64,000 bases of DNA. It comes from Candidatus Limnocylindria bacterium. Lineage in GTDB: Bacteria; Chloroflexota; Limnocylindria; Limnocylindrales; CSP1-4. Position numbers and translations under genes: made by a program. The DNA lies in the NCBI GenBank assembly GCA_035637675.1, contig DASPWU010000072.1, positions 20,074-84,073 on the forward strand, read 5' to 3'. Position 1 is the first letter of the stretch. Every line of letters begins with the position of its first letter. Shown here one piece after another: positions 1 through 9,394 of this stretch. The notes under the pieces were generated by a model, which was given only the letters and a program-made list of their open reading frames with translations, was not told where the DNA came from and did not search any database.

Positions 1-114
1 ACAGATCGGCGAGCAATTTCCCGGTGAGGTTCGAGCGGTCCTGCCGCTGTACGACAGCGACATCCGCGGTGTGGCCATGCTGGACCGAGCGGGCGCGGCC
101 ATCTTCGGCTGATC

Positions 115-2337
115 GTGGCATATCCGGAGCGAGGCCCTCGTCGACTCGCTCCCGCGCGGCTCGGCCGGCTCGGGCTGGCCGGCCTGCTGCTGGCCGTCGG
201 GCCGATCGTCGGCGGTTGCGTGCCCCGGGCGGAGCCGAGCCGGCTCGCACCCACCCTGACCATCGAGCAGGACCCGGGTGGACCGATCGCCGTCCAGAAC
301 GGGATCGCCGTGCCGTCGTTCGAGGTCCAGCCCAGGCCCCGGATCGGCCTCGACGGCGACTGGCGGGTGATGCGCCTGGACCTGAATGACGACCTGTCAC
401 TGACTCCCCGCTCCAGCTCGCTCCAGACGATCGTCGCTCAGGCCGCCGGACGAGAGACGCCCGAATACGACGATCGTGGCTGGGATACCATCCGCGTGCC
501 GGGCACCGTCAATCCGCCCCCGCGGGTTCCGGAGACCGGGGCATGGTATCGCCGACAGTTCACGGTGCCGTCCGCCTGGGCCAGCCGATCGATCACCCTC
601 AAGTTCGGGGCGGCCAACTACGTCGCCGACGTCTGGCTCAACGGCACGTGGCTGGGCTATCACGAGGGCGGCTACACACCGTTCGCCTTCGAGGCGACCG
701 GAGCGCTCCGGCCGGGCACCTCCAATGTCCTCGCGGTCCGGGTCGACAACCCGGCGTGGGGCTCCCGCACGGACATCGTCCCCTGGGGCCTGGCCGACTG
801 GTGGAATGCGGGCGGGCTGACCCGATCGGTCTGGCTGGAGGCGAGCGATGCCGTTCGGATCGTGCGGGCCGACGTCGCGCCCCATCTCGACGGCGCGGAC
901 GTGTCGCTCGTGCTGGAGAACCGCGGCCAGGTTCCGGCAGACCTCTTGCCGGTCATCGAGGTGCTGTCCGCCCAGGTCACCCCGGGCAACCTGCTCAATC
1001 CGGACGCCCGCTCGTTGATCGCGTCGACGCTGCCGCTTGCGGTCCGGCTGCTGGATCGGGTGACGGTTCCGGCCGGTGGCCGGATCCGGGTGGCGGCCGA
1101 GTTCGTCGTGGCCGATGCCGACCTCTGGTCGCCGGGGAGCCCGGCGCTCTACGTTCTCCGGGCGCGCATCTTCGGTTCAGAGGGGCAGCGTGACGAGATC
1201 GACGAGAGCTTCGGCCTTCGCCAGGTGCGGGTGGACCCGGGAACCGCCTCGGTTCGCCTCAACGGCCAGGTCGTGGCATACGCCGGCATCGCGCTCCACG
1301 ACGAGCGGGTCATCGTCGATCCGTCTGGACCGGCCGGCGCCCTGGTCGGCGTGCTGCCGGACGCGGCTGCCATCCGCGACCAGCTCCTCCGGGCGCGCGC
1401 GGTCGGAGCGCAGCTCATTCGGACCTCGCACACGCCCGCGAACCCGGATCTCGTGCGCCTGAGCGATCGGCTGGGCTTCGCGATCTGGGAGGAGGTCCCG
1501 CTCTACCACTTCACGCCGGTCACGTTCACGGTCGCGCTCCGCCGCGGGATTGCCCGGCAGATGCTCCAGGAGATGGCGCTCCGGGACATGAATCGCCCGT
1601 CGGTCCTCTTCCACGGCCTGGCCAACGAGTCGACCGGCGACGCCGAGCGGGCGGCCGCCCTCGACGAGCTGGCCCGGGTCGATCGCGAGATCGATGGGAC
1701 GAGGCTGACCGGCCAGGCAGACTATGCGTTCGCCACGGACACGACGAGCAAGAATCTGGACGTGGCCGGCTTTACCTTCTACTACGGTGTGCTGTACGCC
1801 GGCGATCCCGTCGTGGATACGGCCCGGGCGATCGAGGCGGCCCATCGGACATATCCCGGCAAGCCGATCCTGACCCTCGAATACGGCCGCTGGGCGGACA
1901 GCCCGGCCGACGAGGCGGCCCAGCAAGAGATCGCCTCGGGTACCGGCAGGCAGTTCGTCGACCGTCGGGCGACGAGCCCCGACGGCTACGTCGCGGCGGC
2001 GATCTGGTGGACCCTGGAGGACTATTACACGATGCGTCCCGGGATCGAGCTCGAACGGTTCGGGTTGTACCGCCCGGACGGTTCGCCGCGTCCGGCAGCG
2101 GCGGACGTGCTCGACACGTTGCGGCCCATGAGCGCTCCGCCCGGCCGGACCGCCGCCGCATCGAGCGGGCGATCCCTGCCGGAAGCGGGCCGGGACTCCG
2201 GCCTGCTGTTCCTCGGCTACCTTGCATACGCTGCCGTCGTCACCCTCGGCCTGCTGGCCGTCGTCCTCGGCGCCATGCTCGCCCGCGGCGGTCGATCGGG
2301 CTGGCGCTGGCCGTCCACCCGGAGCTTGCGCCGGTGA
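115..2337 (+). CDS. Glycoside hydrolase family 2 (beta-galactosidase/beta-mannosidase-like), lipoprotein-type N-terminus and C-terminal TM anchor
   Basis: N-terminal hydrophobic signal ending in GGC (lipobox-like). GH2 sugar-binding region WLNGTWLGYHEGGYTPFAFEAT. TIM-barrel motifs LIRTSHTP (resembles NAIRTSHYP) and GLANES (acid/base Glu). Hydrophobic stretch at the extreme C-terminus. Confidence 0.7.
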   Translation: MAYPERGPRRLAPARLGRLGLAGLLLAVGPIVGGCVPRAEPSRLAPTLTIEQDPGGPIAVQNGIAVPSFEVQPRPRIGLDGDWRVMRLDLNDDLSLTPRSSSLQTIVAQAAGRETPEYDDRGWDTIRVPGTVNPPPRVPETGAWYRRQFTVPSAWASRSITLKFGAANYVADVWLNGTWLGYHEGGYTPFAFEATGALRPGTSNVLAVRVDNPAWGSRTDIVPWGLADWWNAGGLTRSVWLEASDAVRIVRADVAPHLDGADVSLVLENRGQVPADLLPVIEVLSAQVTPGNLLNPDARSLIASTLPLAVRLLDRVTVPAGGRIRVAAEFVVADADLWSPGSPALYVLRARIFGSEGQRDEIDESFGLRQVRVDPGTASVRLNGQVVAYAGIALHDERVIVDPSGPAGALVGVLPDAAAIRDQLLRARAVGAQLIRTSHTPANPDLVRLSDRLGFAIWEEVPLYHFTPVTFTVALRRGIARQMLQEMALRDMNRPSVLFHGLANESTGDAERAAALDELARVDREIDGTRLTGQADYAFATDTTSKNLDVAGFTFYYGVLYAGDPVVDTARAIEAAHRTYPGKPILTLEYGRWADSPADEAAQQEIASGTGRQFVDRRATSPDGYVAAAIWWTLEDYYTMRPGIELERFGLYRPDGSPRPAAADVLDTLRPMSAPPGRTAAASSGRSLPEAGRDSGLLFLGYLAYAAVVTLGLLAVVLGAMLARGGRSGWRWPSTRSLRR

Positions 2338-2915
2338 GACGGATCGGGCGACCCTCGGGCCATGGCCGTCGCGGCCGCCGGCTGACCGATCCGGTGGACC
2401 TGCCCCGTCCAACGCCGGGCACGCAGGCGGTTCGCGGGCGCCTGGCAGGCGTCTCCGTTCGGGCCGCCTTCTGGGCCGGGGCATGGGTCGGATTCGCCCT
2501 CGCCCTGGGCTTCGGGGTCGTCCTCGGCGCCGCGTTCGTCTGGCTTGCCGGGGCCGTGCTCGACTGGCAGCGCGACCTGGCCTTCACGTTCGGGGTCGCC
2601 CAGCGGCTGCTGCCGTTCGGCGACCAGCGCGCCCTGCTGCGGGACATCCAGGTCACGTGGTACGTGGTGATCCCGGTCGTCGGCCTCGCCGTCGGACTGT
2701 TCGGCGCGCTCCTGGGGGCGCTCATCGGCGGCTTGGTGGCGGCCGCCTACAACCGGTCGCCTCGCCACGCGCTCATCATCGTGGAGCTGCCCGAGCCGGC
2801 TGCCGTCGACGAGGCACGGGTCGCGATCGCGGAGATCGCCCTGCCCCTCGACGCCGCCCCGCAGGACCGGGCGGCTCAGCCGGATTCCGTCGCCCCGACC
2901 GCGTCCGATCCCTGA
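2334..2915 (+). CDS. Hypothetical membrane protein (3-4 predicted TM helices)
   Basis: GTG start overlapping the GH2 stop (GTGA). Hydrophobic helices FWAGAWVGFALALGFGVVLGAAFVWLAGAV and VVIPVVGLAVGLFGALLGALIGGLVAAAY. Start codon uncertain. Confidence 0.35.
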   Translation: MRRIGRPSGHGRRGRRLTDPVDLPRPTPGTQAVRGRLAGVSVRAAFWAGAWVGFALALGFGVVLGAAFVWLAGAVLDWQRDLAFTFGVAQRLLPFGDQRALLRDIQVTWYVVIPVVGLAVGLFGALLGALIGGLVAAAYNRSPRHALIIVELPEPAAVDEARVAIAEIALPLDAAPQDRAAQPDSVAPTASDP

Positions 2916-2937
2916 TCGCCGATCCGGCGAACCGGGC

Positions 2938-2949
2938 GGTGGTACACTC
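2938..2949 (+). promoter_or_regulatory. Extended -10-like element TGGTACACT upstream of the valS T-box leader
   Basis: Sequence gTGGTACACTcc matches the TGnTAnnnT extended -10 pattern. The same GGTACACTC core recurs upstream of the REC-ParA gene at 50903-50911. Confidence 0.3.
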
Positions 2950-2954
2950 CCGGC

Positions 2955-3192
2955 CTCACGGCGTGGACCGAGAGGAGTAGCGCCTCCATGGCCCCGGAGC
3001 GAGCGCGGGATGGTGCGAGCCGCGCGGGCACCGAGGCGTGAACGTCGCTCGCGAGCCGTGCGGCCGGCGCCCGATAGCGCGCCACGAGGAGGCCCGGACC
3101 CGCACCCGCGATGAGCGGACCGCCCCGGACCTCGAACCAGCAGGTGGTACCACGACCCGCTCGTCCGCTGGACGAGCGGGTGTTTTCTTTCC
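2955..3192 (+). ncRNA. T-box riboswitch leader (tRNA-sensing transcription attenuator) for valS
   Basis: T-box sequence GGTGGTACCACG at 3143-3154 (consensus GGUGGNACCGCG). UGGU fits a tRNA with discriminator A, as tRNA-Val has. It is immediately followed by the terminator hairpin CCCGCTCGTCC-GCTG-GACGAGCGGG plus TGTTTTCTTT. Upstream stem GAGCGAGCG...CGCTCGC carries a GUC (Val) triplet near its 3' side as a candidate specifier. Confidence 0.7.
3155..3192 (+). terminator. Intrinsic terminator of the T-box leader (11-bp GC stem, 4-nt loop, U-tract)
   Basis: CCCGCTCGTCC gctg GGACGAGCGGG followed by TGTTTTCTTTCC. Its 5' arm can alternatively pair with the T-box sequence to form an antiterminator. 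Confidence 0.75.
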
Positions 3193-3232
3193 GCGGCCTG
3201 ACGGCCGGGCATCGGAGACGGAGATCGAGCGC

Positions 3233-5983
3233 ATGTCGGACATGAGCGCACGTAAGGCAGCCTTGGCGAAGACCTATCAGCCGGCGCTGACGGAACACAC
3301 GATCTACGAGCGCTGGCTGGCTGCCGACGTATTTGCGCCCGACGGCGCCGGTTCTCGGGCCGATCCGGCCAAGGAACCGTTCGTCATCATCCAGCCGCCG
3401 CCAAACGTGACCGGCTCCCTCCACCTGGGCCATGCCCAGCGGTCGGCGGTGGAGGACCTGATGATCCGCCACGCGCGCATGCAGCGCCGGCCGGCCCTGT
3501 TCCTGCCCGGCCTGGACCACGCGTCCATTGCGGCTCAGGTGGTCCTCGATCGGATCCTTGCCGCCGAGGGCGAGACCCGCCAGAGCCTGGGCCGCGAACG
3601 CTACCTGGCGCGCATGCGCCGGTTCGTCGAGGAGACGCGGCCGGTCATGCTCGCCCAGCAGCGCCGCGTCGGCGCATCGCTCGACTGGAGCCGCCTCCGG
3701 TTCACGATGGACGAGGTATCCGCGCGCGCGGTTCGCGAGGCGTTCTGCCGGCTCTACCGCGACGGGCTGGCCTACCGGACCGAGGCGCTCGTCAACTGGT
3801 GCCCCGGCGACCGCACGAGCGTCTCCGACCTCGAGGTCGTGGCGACCAGGGAGACCGGCACGCTGTGGACGATCCGTTACCACGTGATCGACGAAGCGAC
3901 CGGCCGGCCCGACCCCGGGGCGACGATCGGCGTCGCCACGACCCGGCCCGAGACGATCCTGGGCGACACGGCAGTGGCCGTCCATCCCGACGATGAGCGC
4001 TACCGGGCGCTGGTCGGCCGACGGGCCCGGGTCCCTTTCGTGGAACGAGACGTCCCGATCCTCGCCGACCCGGTGGTCGATCGGGACTTCGGCACGGGCG
4101 CCGTCAAGATCACGCCGGCGCACGATCCGAACGACTTCGAGACCGGCCGCCGGCACGGCCTGCCGATGATCGACATCTTCGACGACGATGCCCGCCTGAA
4201 CGCAAACGGCGGCCCATACGCCGGGCTGGATCGATACGAGGCCCGCAACCGCATCCTCCAGGACCTGGACGTTCGGGGCGACCTGGTGAGCTCCGTGTCG
4301 CACGAGTTGATCATCGGTCGCTGCCAGCGCTCCAACGACGTCATCGAGCCCAGGCTCAAGACCCAGTGGTTCATCCGGACTCGTCCGCTCGCCGATGCCG
4401 CGCTGGCCGCCACCCGATCGCGCCGGACCCAGATCCTGCCCGGCCGATTCGAGAAGGTCTGGGAGCACTGGCTCACCGGGATTCGGGACTGGAACGTCAG
4501 CCGGCAGCTGTGGTGGGGCCACCGGATCCCGGCCTGGTTCTGCCCGGACGGCCATGCCACGGTGAGCGCCCTGGTGAGCGGACCCGAGGCCTGCGAGACG
4601 TGCGGCCGGCCGGCCCGCGAGCTGACCCAGGACCCGGACATCTTCGACACGTGGTTCAGCTCGGGACTGTGGCCGTTCTCCACCCTGGGCTGGCCCGAGG
4701 ACACGGCCGACTACCGCCGCTACTACCCGACGACGACCATGGAGACCGGCTACGACATCATCTTCTTCTGGGTCGCCCGGATGATGATGCTCGGCATCCA
4801 CCTGACCGGCCGCGAGCCGTTCGAGACCGTCTACCTCTCCGGCCTCATCCGCGACCCGTACGGCGCGAAGATGTCGAAGACGACCGGCAACGTCGTCGAC
4901 CCCCTCGAGGTGATCGGCGAGACCGGTGCGGACGCGTTGCGCTTCGCCCTGATCCATGGCGCCACGCCGGGCAACGACCAGCGATTCAGCCACGACAAGC
5001 TCAACAACGCCCGGAACTTCGCCAACAAGCTGTGGAACGCGGCCCGCTTCGTGCTCGGCGCGCGGCCGTCATCGATTCCCGCGGATGCGCTGCGACGGTC
5101 GCCCGACCCGGACGCCCTGGGACTCGGTGAGCGCTGGCTGCGGAGCAGGGTCGCCGCGACCACGGCTGCCGTGGACCGCGCGCTGGGCGAGTTCGCCTTC
5201 GCCGAAGTGACCCGCGAGCTGTACGAGGCGATCTGGAACGAGTACTGCGACTGGGGCCTGGAGATGGCCAAGGTGCGACTCGGGGACGATTCGCTGCCGC
5301 AGTCCGCTCGTGAGGCGACCTGGTGGACGCTCGTCGAGGCGCTCGACACGTATCTCCGCCTGCTGCATCCGGTGATGCCCTTCGTAACAGAGGCGATCTG
5401 GGGGGCGCTGCCACGAGCCGAGGACGACCCCGAGCTGCTCATCGTGGCCGACTGGCCGGTTGCTGGTGCCCGCGATGAGACGGTCGAGGCGCCGGTGGAG
5501 GCGGTGCTCGACCTGGTCCGAGCGGTCCGCAACGCGCGATCGGAGGCGCGCCTGGAGCCGGGCGTCTGGCTGCCGATCGACGTCAGCGCGCCGGCCGACC
5601 TGTGGGGGACGCTCGATGCCCTCGCGCCGGCCGTGACACGGCTCGCCCGGGCGCGGCCGCTGCGGTTGCATGCCGACCGCGCGGCGATGGCCACGGCGGC
5701 CGGGGAGGGAGGCCTGTCGGTCGTTGCCGGCGAGGTCGTGGCGGTCGTCGGCCGAGCGGGGGCCGCGGGGGACGGTGACGTTGCCGTGCTCGAACGGGCC
5801 CGGCTCGACAAGGAGCTTGCTCAGGCCGAGAGGCTGCTCGCGGCGACCCGGGCCCAGCTGGCAGACGAGTCGTTCACGGCTCGAGCGCCACAGGCCGTGG
5901 TGGAGGGGGTCCGCGTCCGCGAGGAAGAGCTGGTCGCGCAGGTCGCGCGCCTCGCCGAACGTCTCCGCTCCTTGGACGACTGA
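3233..5983 (+). CDS. valS: Valyl-tRNA synthetase
   Basis: Class I aaRS motifs PPPNVTGSLHLGHA (HIGH) and KMSKTTGN (KMSKS). ValS-type editing and anticodon-binding regions and a C-terminal coiled coil. ATG at 3233 preceded by GGAGAT. The longer ORF from 3038 would overlap the T-box leader and is rejected. Confidence 0.9.
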   Translation: MSDMSARKAALAKTYQPALTEHTIYERWLAADVFAPDGAGSRADPAKEPFVIIQPPPNVTGSLHLGHAQRSAVEDLMIRHARMQRRPALFLPGLDHASIAAQVVLDRILAAEGETRQSLGRERYLARMRRFVEETRPVMLAQQRRVGASLDWSRLRFTMDEVSARAVREAFCRLYRDGLAYRTEALVNWCPGDRTSVSDLEVVATRETGTLWTIRYHVIDEATGRPDPGATIGVATTRPETILGDTAVAVHPDDERYRALVGRRARVPFVERDVPILADPVVDRDFGTGAVKITPAHDPNDFETGRRHGLPMIDIFDDDARLNANGGPYAGLDRYEARNRILQDLDVRGDLVSSVSHELIIGRCQRSNDVIEPRLKTQWFIRTRPLADAALAATRSRRTQILPGRFEKVWEHWLTGIRDWNVSRQLWWGHRIPAWFCPDGHATVSALVSGPEACETCGRPARELTQDPDIFDTWFSSGLWPFSTLGWPEDTADYRRYYPTTTMETGYDIIFFWVARMMMLGIHLTGREPFETVYLSGLIRDPYGAKMSKTTGNVVDPLEVIGETGADALRFALIHGATPGNDQRFSHDKLNNARNFANKLWNAARFVLGARPSSIPADALRRSPDPDALGLGERWLRSRVAATTAAVDRALGEFAFAEVTRELYEAIWNEYCDWGLEMAKVRLGDDSLPQSAREATWWTLVEALDTYLRLLHPVMPFVTEAIWGALPRAEDDPELLIVADWPVAGARDETVEAPVEAVLDLVRAVRNARSEARLEPGVWLPIDVSAPADLWGTLDALAPAVTRLARARPLRLHADRAAMATAAGEGGLSVVAGEVVAVVGRAGAAGDGDVAVLERARLDKELAQAERLLAATRAQLADESFTARAPQAVVEGVRVREEELVAQVARLAERLRSLDD

Positions 5984-5989
5984 GCCGGT

Positions 5990-6982
5990 ATGGCGGACTC
6001 CGACGCGGTCCTGGCCCTGGACCTGGGCGCGACCCAGATCCGTGCAGCGGTCGTCACGGCTGACGGCGCCGTGCACGAGCGGCGCCGAGCGTCCACCCCG
6101 AGCCGGGATGGACCGGATGCCGTCGTCGAGGCCTGCATCCGGACGCTGCGATCGGTCCGGGCCGCCTACCGGGTCACCGAGCCTGACCTGGCCGGTCGCC
6201 TCGTTGGGATCGGTATCGCCGCGCCCGGTCCGGTGGACCCGTTTCGTGGTGTCATCGTCGATCCACCGAACATGGGCCCGTCGTTCAGGGACATTGCGCT
6301 GGCGGAACGAGTCGGCGCAGCGCTGGGCCTGCGCACCGTGCTCGACCGGGATACGCAGGTGGCGGCGATGGCCGAGGCCGCCCACGGAGCCGCACGCGGC
6401 TGCAGCGACTTCCTGTACGTCACCGTCTCCACCGGGATCGGGGGCGCGATCGTGAGCGACGGGCATCTCCTGCGGGGGCCGGACGGCGCGGCCGGTGAGC
6501 TGGGCCACCTCCTCATCGACCGGCAAGGGCCGCGATGCGGCTGCGGCGCCCGCGGGCACCTGGAGGCGATCGCCTCGGGGGTTGCCATCGCCGCCGCCGG
6601 CCGCGCCGCCGCGGAGCGCCGGGAGAGCCCCGTGCTGGCCGATCTCCTCTCGGAGCACGGACCCTCGTTCGGCGCGCAGGACGTCGCCGCCGCCGAGGAG
6701 ACCGGCGATTCCGCCGCGGCGGCGATCATGGCCGATGCCCGGGACGCGTTCGCCCAGGGTTGCGTCAGCCTCGTCGACATCTTCAATCCCGAACGGATCG
6801 TGGTTGGTGGCAGCCTGGCTCGCGGCCAGGGAGATCGCTGGCTGGATCCGGCTCGGGAAGTCGTGCGCCGCGATGCCTTCCGTCTGGCCGGGCAGCGGGT
6901 ATCGATCGTTCCGGCCGAGCTGGGGGATGACGTGGGCCTGGTCGGCGGCTACGAGCTCGTGAGGAGCCGGCTGGGGGCGTGA
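5990..6982 (+). CDS. ROK family sugar kinase (glucokinase-like)
   Basis: N-terminal LALDLGATQIRAAVV (ATP-binding DxGxT). ROK zinc motif CGCGARGHLEA. Starts 7 nt after the valS stop. Confidence 0.8.
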   Translation: MADSDAVLALDLGATQIRAAVVTADGAVHERRRASTPSRDGPDAVVEACIRTLRSVRAAYRVTEPDLAGRLVGIGIAAPGPVDPFRGVIVDPPNMGPSFRDIALAERVGAALGLRTVLDRDTQVAAMAEAAHGAARGCSDFLYVTVSTGIGGAIVSDGHLLRGPDGAAGELGHLLIDRQGPRCGCGARGHLEAIASGVAIAAAGRAAAERRESPVLADLLSEHGPSFGAQDVAAAEETGDSAAAAIMADARDAFAQGCVSLVDIFNPERIVVGGSLARGQGDRWLDPAREVVRRDAFRLAGQRVSIVPAELGDDVGLVGGYELVRSRLGA

Positions 6983-8193
6983 CGGCCCACCTCCGGCGTC
7001 CCGACGGCCTGGATCCGGACCGGCTGGATCCCGAGCGACTGCGGGCCGAGCTGCAGGCGCGGGACGGACGTGCCCGCGCGGCGGCCTCGGCGATCCGCGT
7101 CGTCCGGGCGCCGGGCCGCGTCAACCTGATCGGTGAGCACACGGACTACAACGGCGGCTTCGTCATGCCTGCAGCGATCGATCTCGAGATCCGGATGGCA
7201 TACCTGCCGACCGACGATCGGCGCGTGGAGATCACCCTCGACGAGACGGGCCGGACCGCCGGCTTCGCGCTCGACGCCATCGGCCCTGCCACCGGACGCT
7301 GGATCGACTATGTCGCCGGCACGGCGTGGTCGATGGTGGCCGCCGGCGCTGCCGTTCGCGGCCTGCGCGGGTTGCTGGCCAGCTCGCTGCCCCGTGGCGC
7401 CGGTCTCTCGTCGTCTGCAGCCCTCGAGCTCGCGTCGGCCTGGGCTCTGGCCGGCGATGAGCCGCCCTCGATCGGCGGGATGGCGCTGGCCCAGACGGCC
7501 CAGCGGGCGGAGAACGAATATGTCGGGGTCCAGTGCGGCCTCATGGATCAGTTCGCGTCGTCGCTCGGCGTGGCGGGCTCGGGCCTCTTCCTCGACTGCC
7601 GCTCCCTGGACTGGCATCCGGTGCGCCTGCCGCTGGCCGACGTCGCCCTGGTGGTCTGCCACTCGGGCTCGCCGCGACGGCTCGAGATGTCCGCCTACAA
7701 CGAACGGCGGGCCGAATGCGAGCGAGCCGCCGCGGCGATCGCCACGCGGGAGCCCGGCGTCCGGTCCCTGCGCGACGTGGACCCCGTCATGCTCGCCCGG
7801 CATCGCGACGCGCTCGATCCGGTCGCGGAACGGCGGACTCGCCACGTCGTGGAGGAGAACATTCGCGTGGTCGCGGCAGAGCGGGCGCTGGCGGCGGGGG
7901 ATCTGGCCGAGGTCGGCCGGCTGTTCGCGGCCAGCCACGATTCACTGCGCGATCTGTTCGAGGTCAGCTCGCCCGAGCTTGATGCCCTGGTGGGCATCGC
8001 CCGGAACACCGAGGGCGTCGTTGCCGCGCGCCTGACCGGCGCGGGCTTCGGCGGCAGCACGATCAACCTGGTGCGCCGCGGGCAGACGGCCGCCTTCCGC
8101 TTGGCCATCGAGCGCGACTACCCGGCCCGGACCGGCCTGCGGCCGACGGTCTACGAGGTGGCGCCGGTCGACGGCGCCGGCCTCATCGGCTGA
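6979..8193 (+). CDS. galK: Galactokinase
   Basis: Galactokinase signature GRVNLIGEHTDYNGG. GHMP kinase motif PRGAGLSSSAALE. GTGA overlap with the ROK stop. Confidence 0.85.
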   Translation: MTAHLRRPDGLDPDRLDPERLRAELQARDGRARAAASAIRVVRAPGRVNLIGEHTDYNGGFVMPAAIDLEIRMAYLPTDDRRVEITLDETGRTAGFALDAIGPATGRWIDYVAGTAWSMVAAGAAVRGLRGLLASSLPRGAGLSSSAALELASAWALAGDEPPSIGGMALAQTAQRAENEYVGVQCGLMDQFASSLGVAGSGLFLDCRSLDWHPVRLPLADVALVVCHSGSPRRLEMSAYNERRAECERAAAAIATREPGVRSLRDVDPVMLARHRDALDPVAERRTRHVVEENIRVVAAERALAAGDLAEVGRLFAASHDSLRDLFEVSSPELDALVGIARNTEGVVAARLTGAGFGGSTINLVRRGQTAAFRLAIERDYPARTGLRPTVYEVAPVDGAGLIG

Positions 8194-8311
8194 GTGCGGC
8201 CATAGCGCGCAGCGGCACGCCCCGCATGCCATCCTGACGGCGACATGTGTCCCGCGCCGAACCTGCCGATCTGCCCGGCCAGCTTCGCCGGCGCCGTACG
8301 CGATCGCTGAC

Positions 8312-9367
8312 GTGGCCTCTGCCGACGACGTCCTGGCGCATCCCCACCGGCGCTACAACCCGCTGATCGACGAGTGGGTCCTCGTCTCGATCGGACGCAC
8401 CGGGCGGCCCTGGCGCGGCACCCAGGAGCCGGCTCAACCCGACCAGCTGCCGGCCTACGATCCGACGTGCTACCTGTGCCCCGGCAACGCCCGGGCGAAC
8501 GGCGAGGCCAATCCGGCGTATACGTCGACGTTCGTCTTCACCAACGACTTCGCCGCCCTCGAGCCAGACACGCCGATCGGCGAGTTCCGGCAGGGCATCC
8601 TGCGTGCCGAAGGGGAGCAGGGCACGTGCCGGGTGCTGTGCTTCTCGCCTCGCCACGACCTGGACCTGGCGGTCATGGACCCGGCCGACGTCCGGCGCGT
8701 CGTGGACCTCTGGGCGGACCAGTCCGAAGAGCTCGGCCAGCGCTTCCGGTGGGTCCAGGTGTTCGAGAACCGGGGCACGTCGATGGGTGCCTCCAACCCG
8801 CACCCCCACGGTCAGATCTGGGCCGGCACGGCGCTGCCCGTCGAGGCGGCTCGCGAGGACGCCGCGCAGCGGCGGCACTTCGAGGCGACCGGTCGGCGTC
8901 TCCTCCTCGACTACGTCGCCGAGGAGCACACCGGGCCGCGCGTGGTGGTCGAGAACGACGAGTGGCTCGTGGCGGTGCCGTTCTGGGCCGTCTGGCCGTT
9001 CGAGACGATCATCATCGCCAGGCGCCCGATCGAACGTCTGGCCGACCTTGGCGAACGCGAGCGGAGCAATCTCGCCGGCGTGCTCGTCGAGCTGCTGAGC
9101 CGGTGCGACAACCTGTTCGGCGTAGCCTTTCCGTACTCGATGGGCTGGCATCAGGCGCCGTACGACCAGATGGCGCACGAGTACTGGCAGCTCCATGCCC
9201 ATGTCTACCCGCCGCTCCTCCGCTCGGCGAGCGTCCGCAAGTTCATCGCCGGGTATGAGCTGCTCGCCGAGCGGCAGCGCGACCTGACCGCCGAAGAGGC
9301 GGCCGAACGGCTGCGATCGGTCTCGCCGGTCCATTACCGGGCCGGCACGCCCGCCCGGTCCGAGTGA
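8312..9367 (+). CDS. galT: Galactose-1-phosphate uridylyltransferase (HIT family)
   Basis: HPHRRYNPL, zinc-site CYLCPGN, active-site HPHGQIW (HxHxQ). Confidence 0.85.
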   Translation: MASADDVLAHPHRRYNPLIDEWVLVSIGRTGRPWRGTQEPAQPDQLPAYDPTCYLCPGNARANGEANPAYTSTFVFTNDFAALEPDTPIGEFRQGILRAEGEQGTCRVLCFSPRHDLDLAVMDPADVRRVVDLWADQSEELGQRFRWVQVFENRGTSMGASNPHPHGQIWAGTALPVEAAREDAAQRRHFEATGRRLLLDYVAEEHTGPRVVVENDEWLVAVPFWAVWPFETIIIARRPIERLADLGERERSNLAGVLVELLSRCDNLFGVAFPYSMGWHQAPYDQMAHEYWQLHAHVYPPLLRSASVRKFIAGYELLAERQRDLTAEEAAERLRSVSPVHYRAGTPARSE

Positions 9368-9394
9368 ACGGTTCGCCGCTGTCGGGAACGACCG

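Noticed and set aside
3038-3232. N-terminal extension of the valS ORF (981-aa version starting at 3038)
   Set aside because: It would translate through the T-box element and its intrinsic terminator. The ATG at 3233 with an upstream GGAGAT and the conserved ValS N-terminus (MSDMSARK...) is the credible start.
1177-6658. Large antisense ORFs (1177-2484, 2876-4993, 5069-6658 minus strand) opposite GH2, valS and ROK
   Set aside because: No domains and biased RPGA composition. Each is fully shadowed by a well-supported gene on the plus strand.
9368-9394. Possible terminator between convergent galT and ABC permease genes
   Set aside because: Only a weak 6-bp inverted repeat (GACGGT...ACCGTC) with an 18-nt loop and no U-tract. 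Not convincing.
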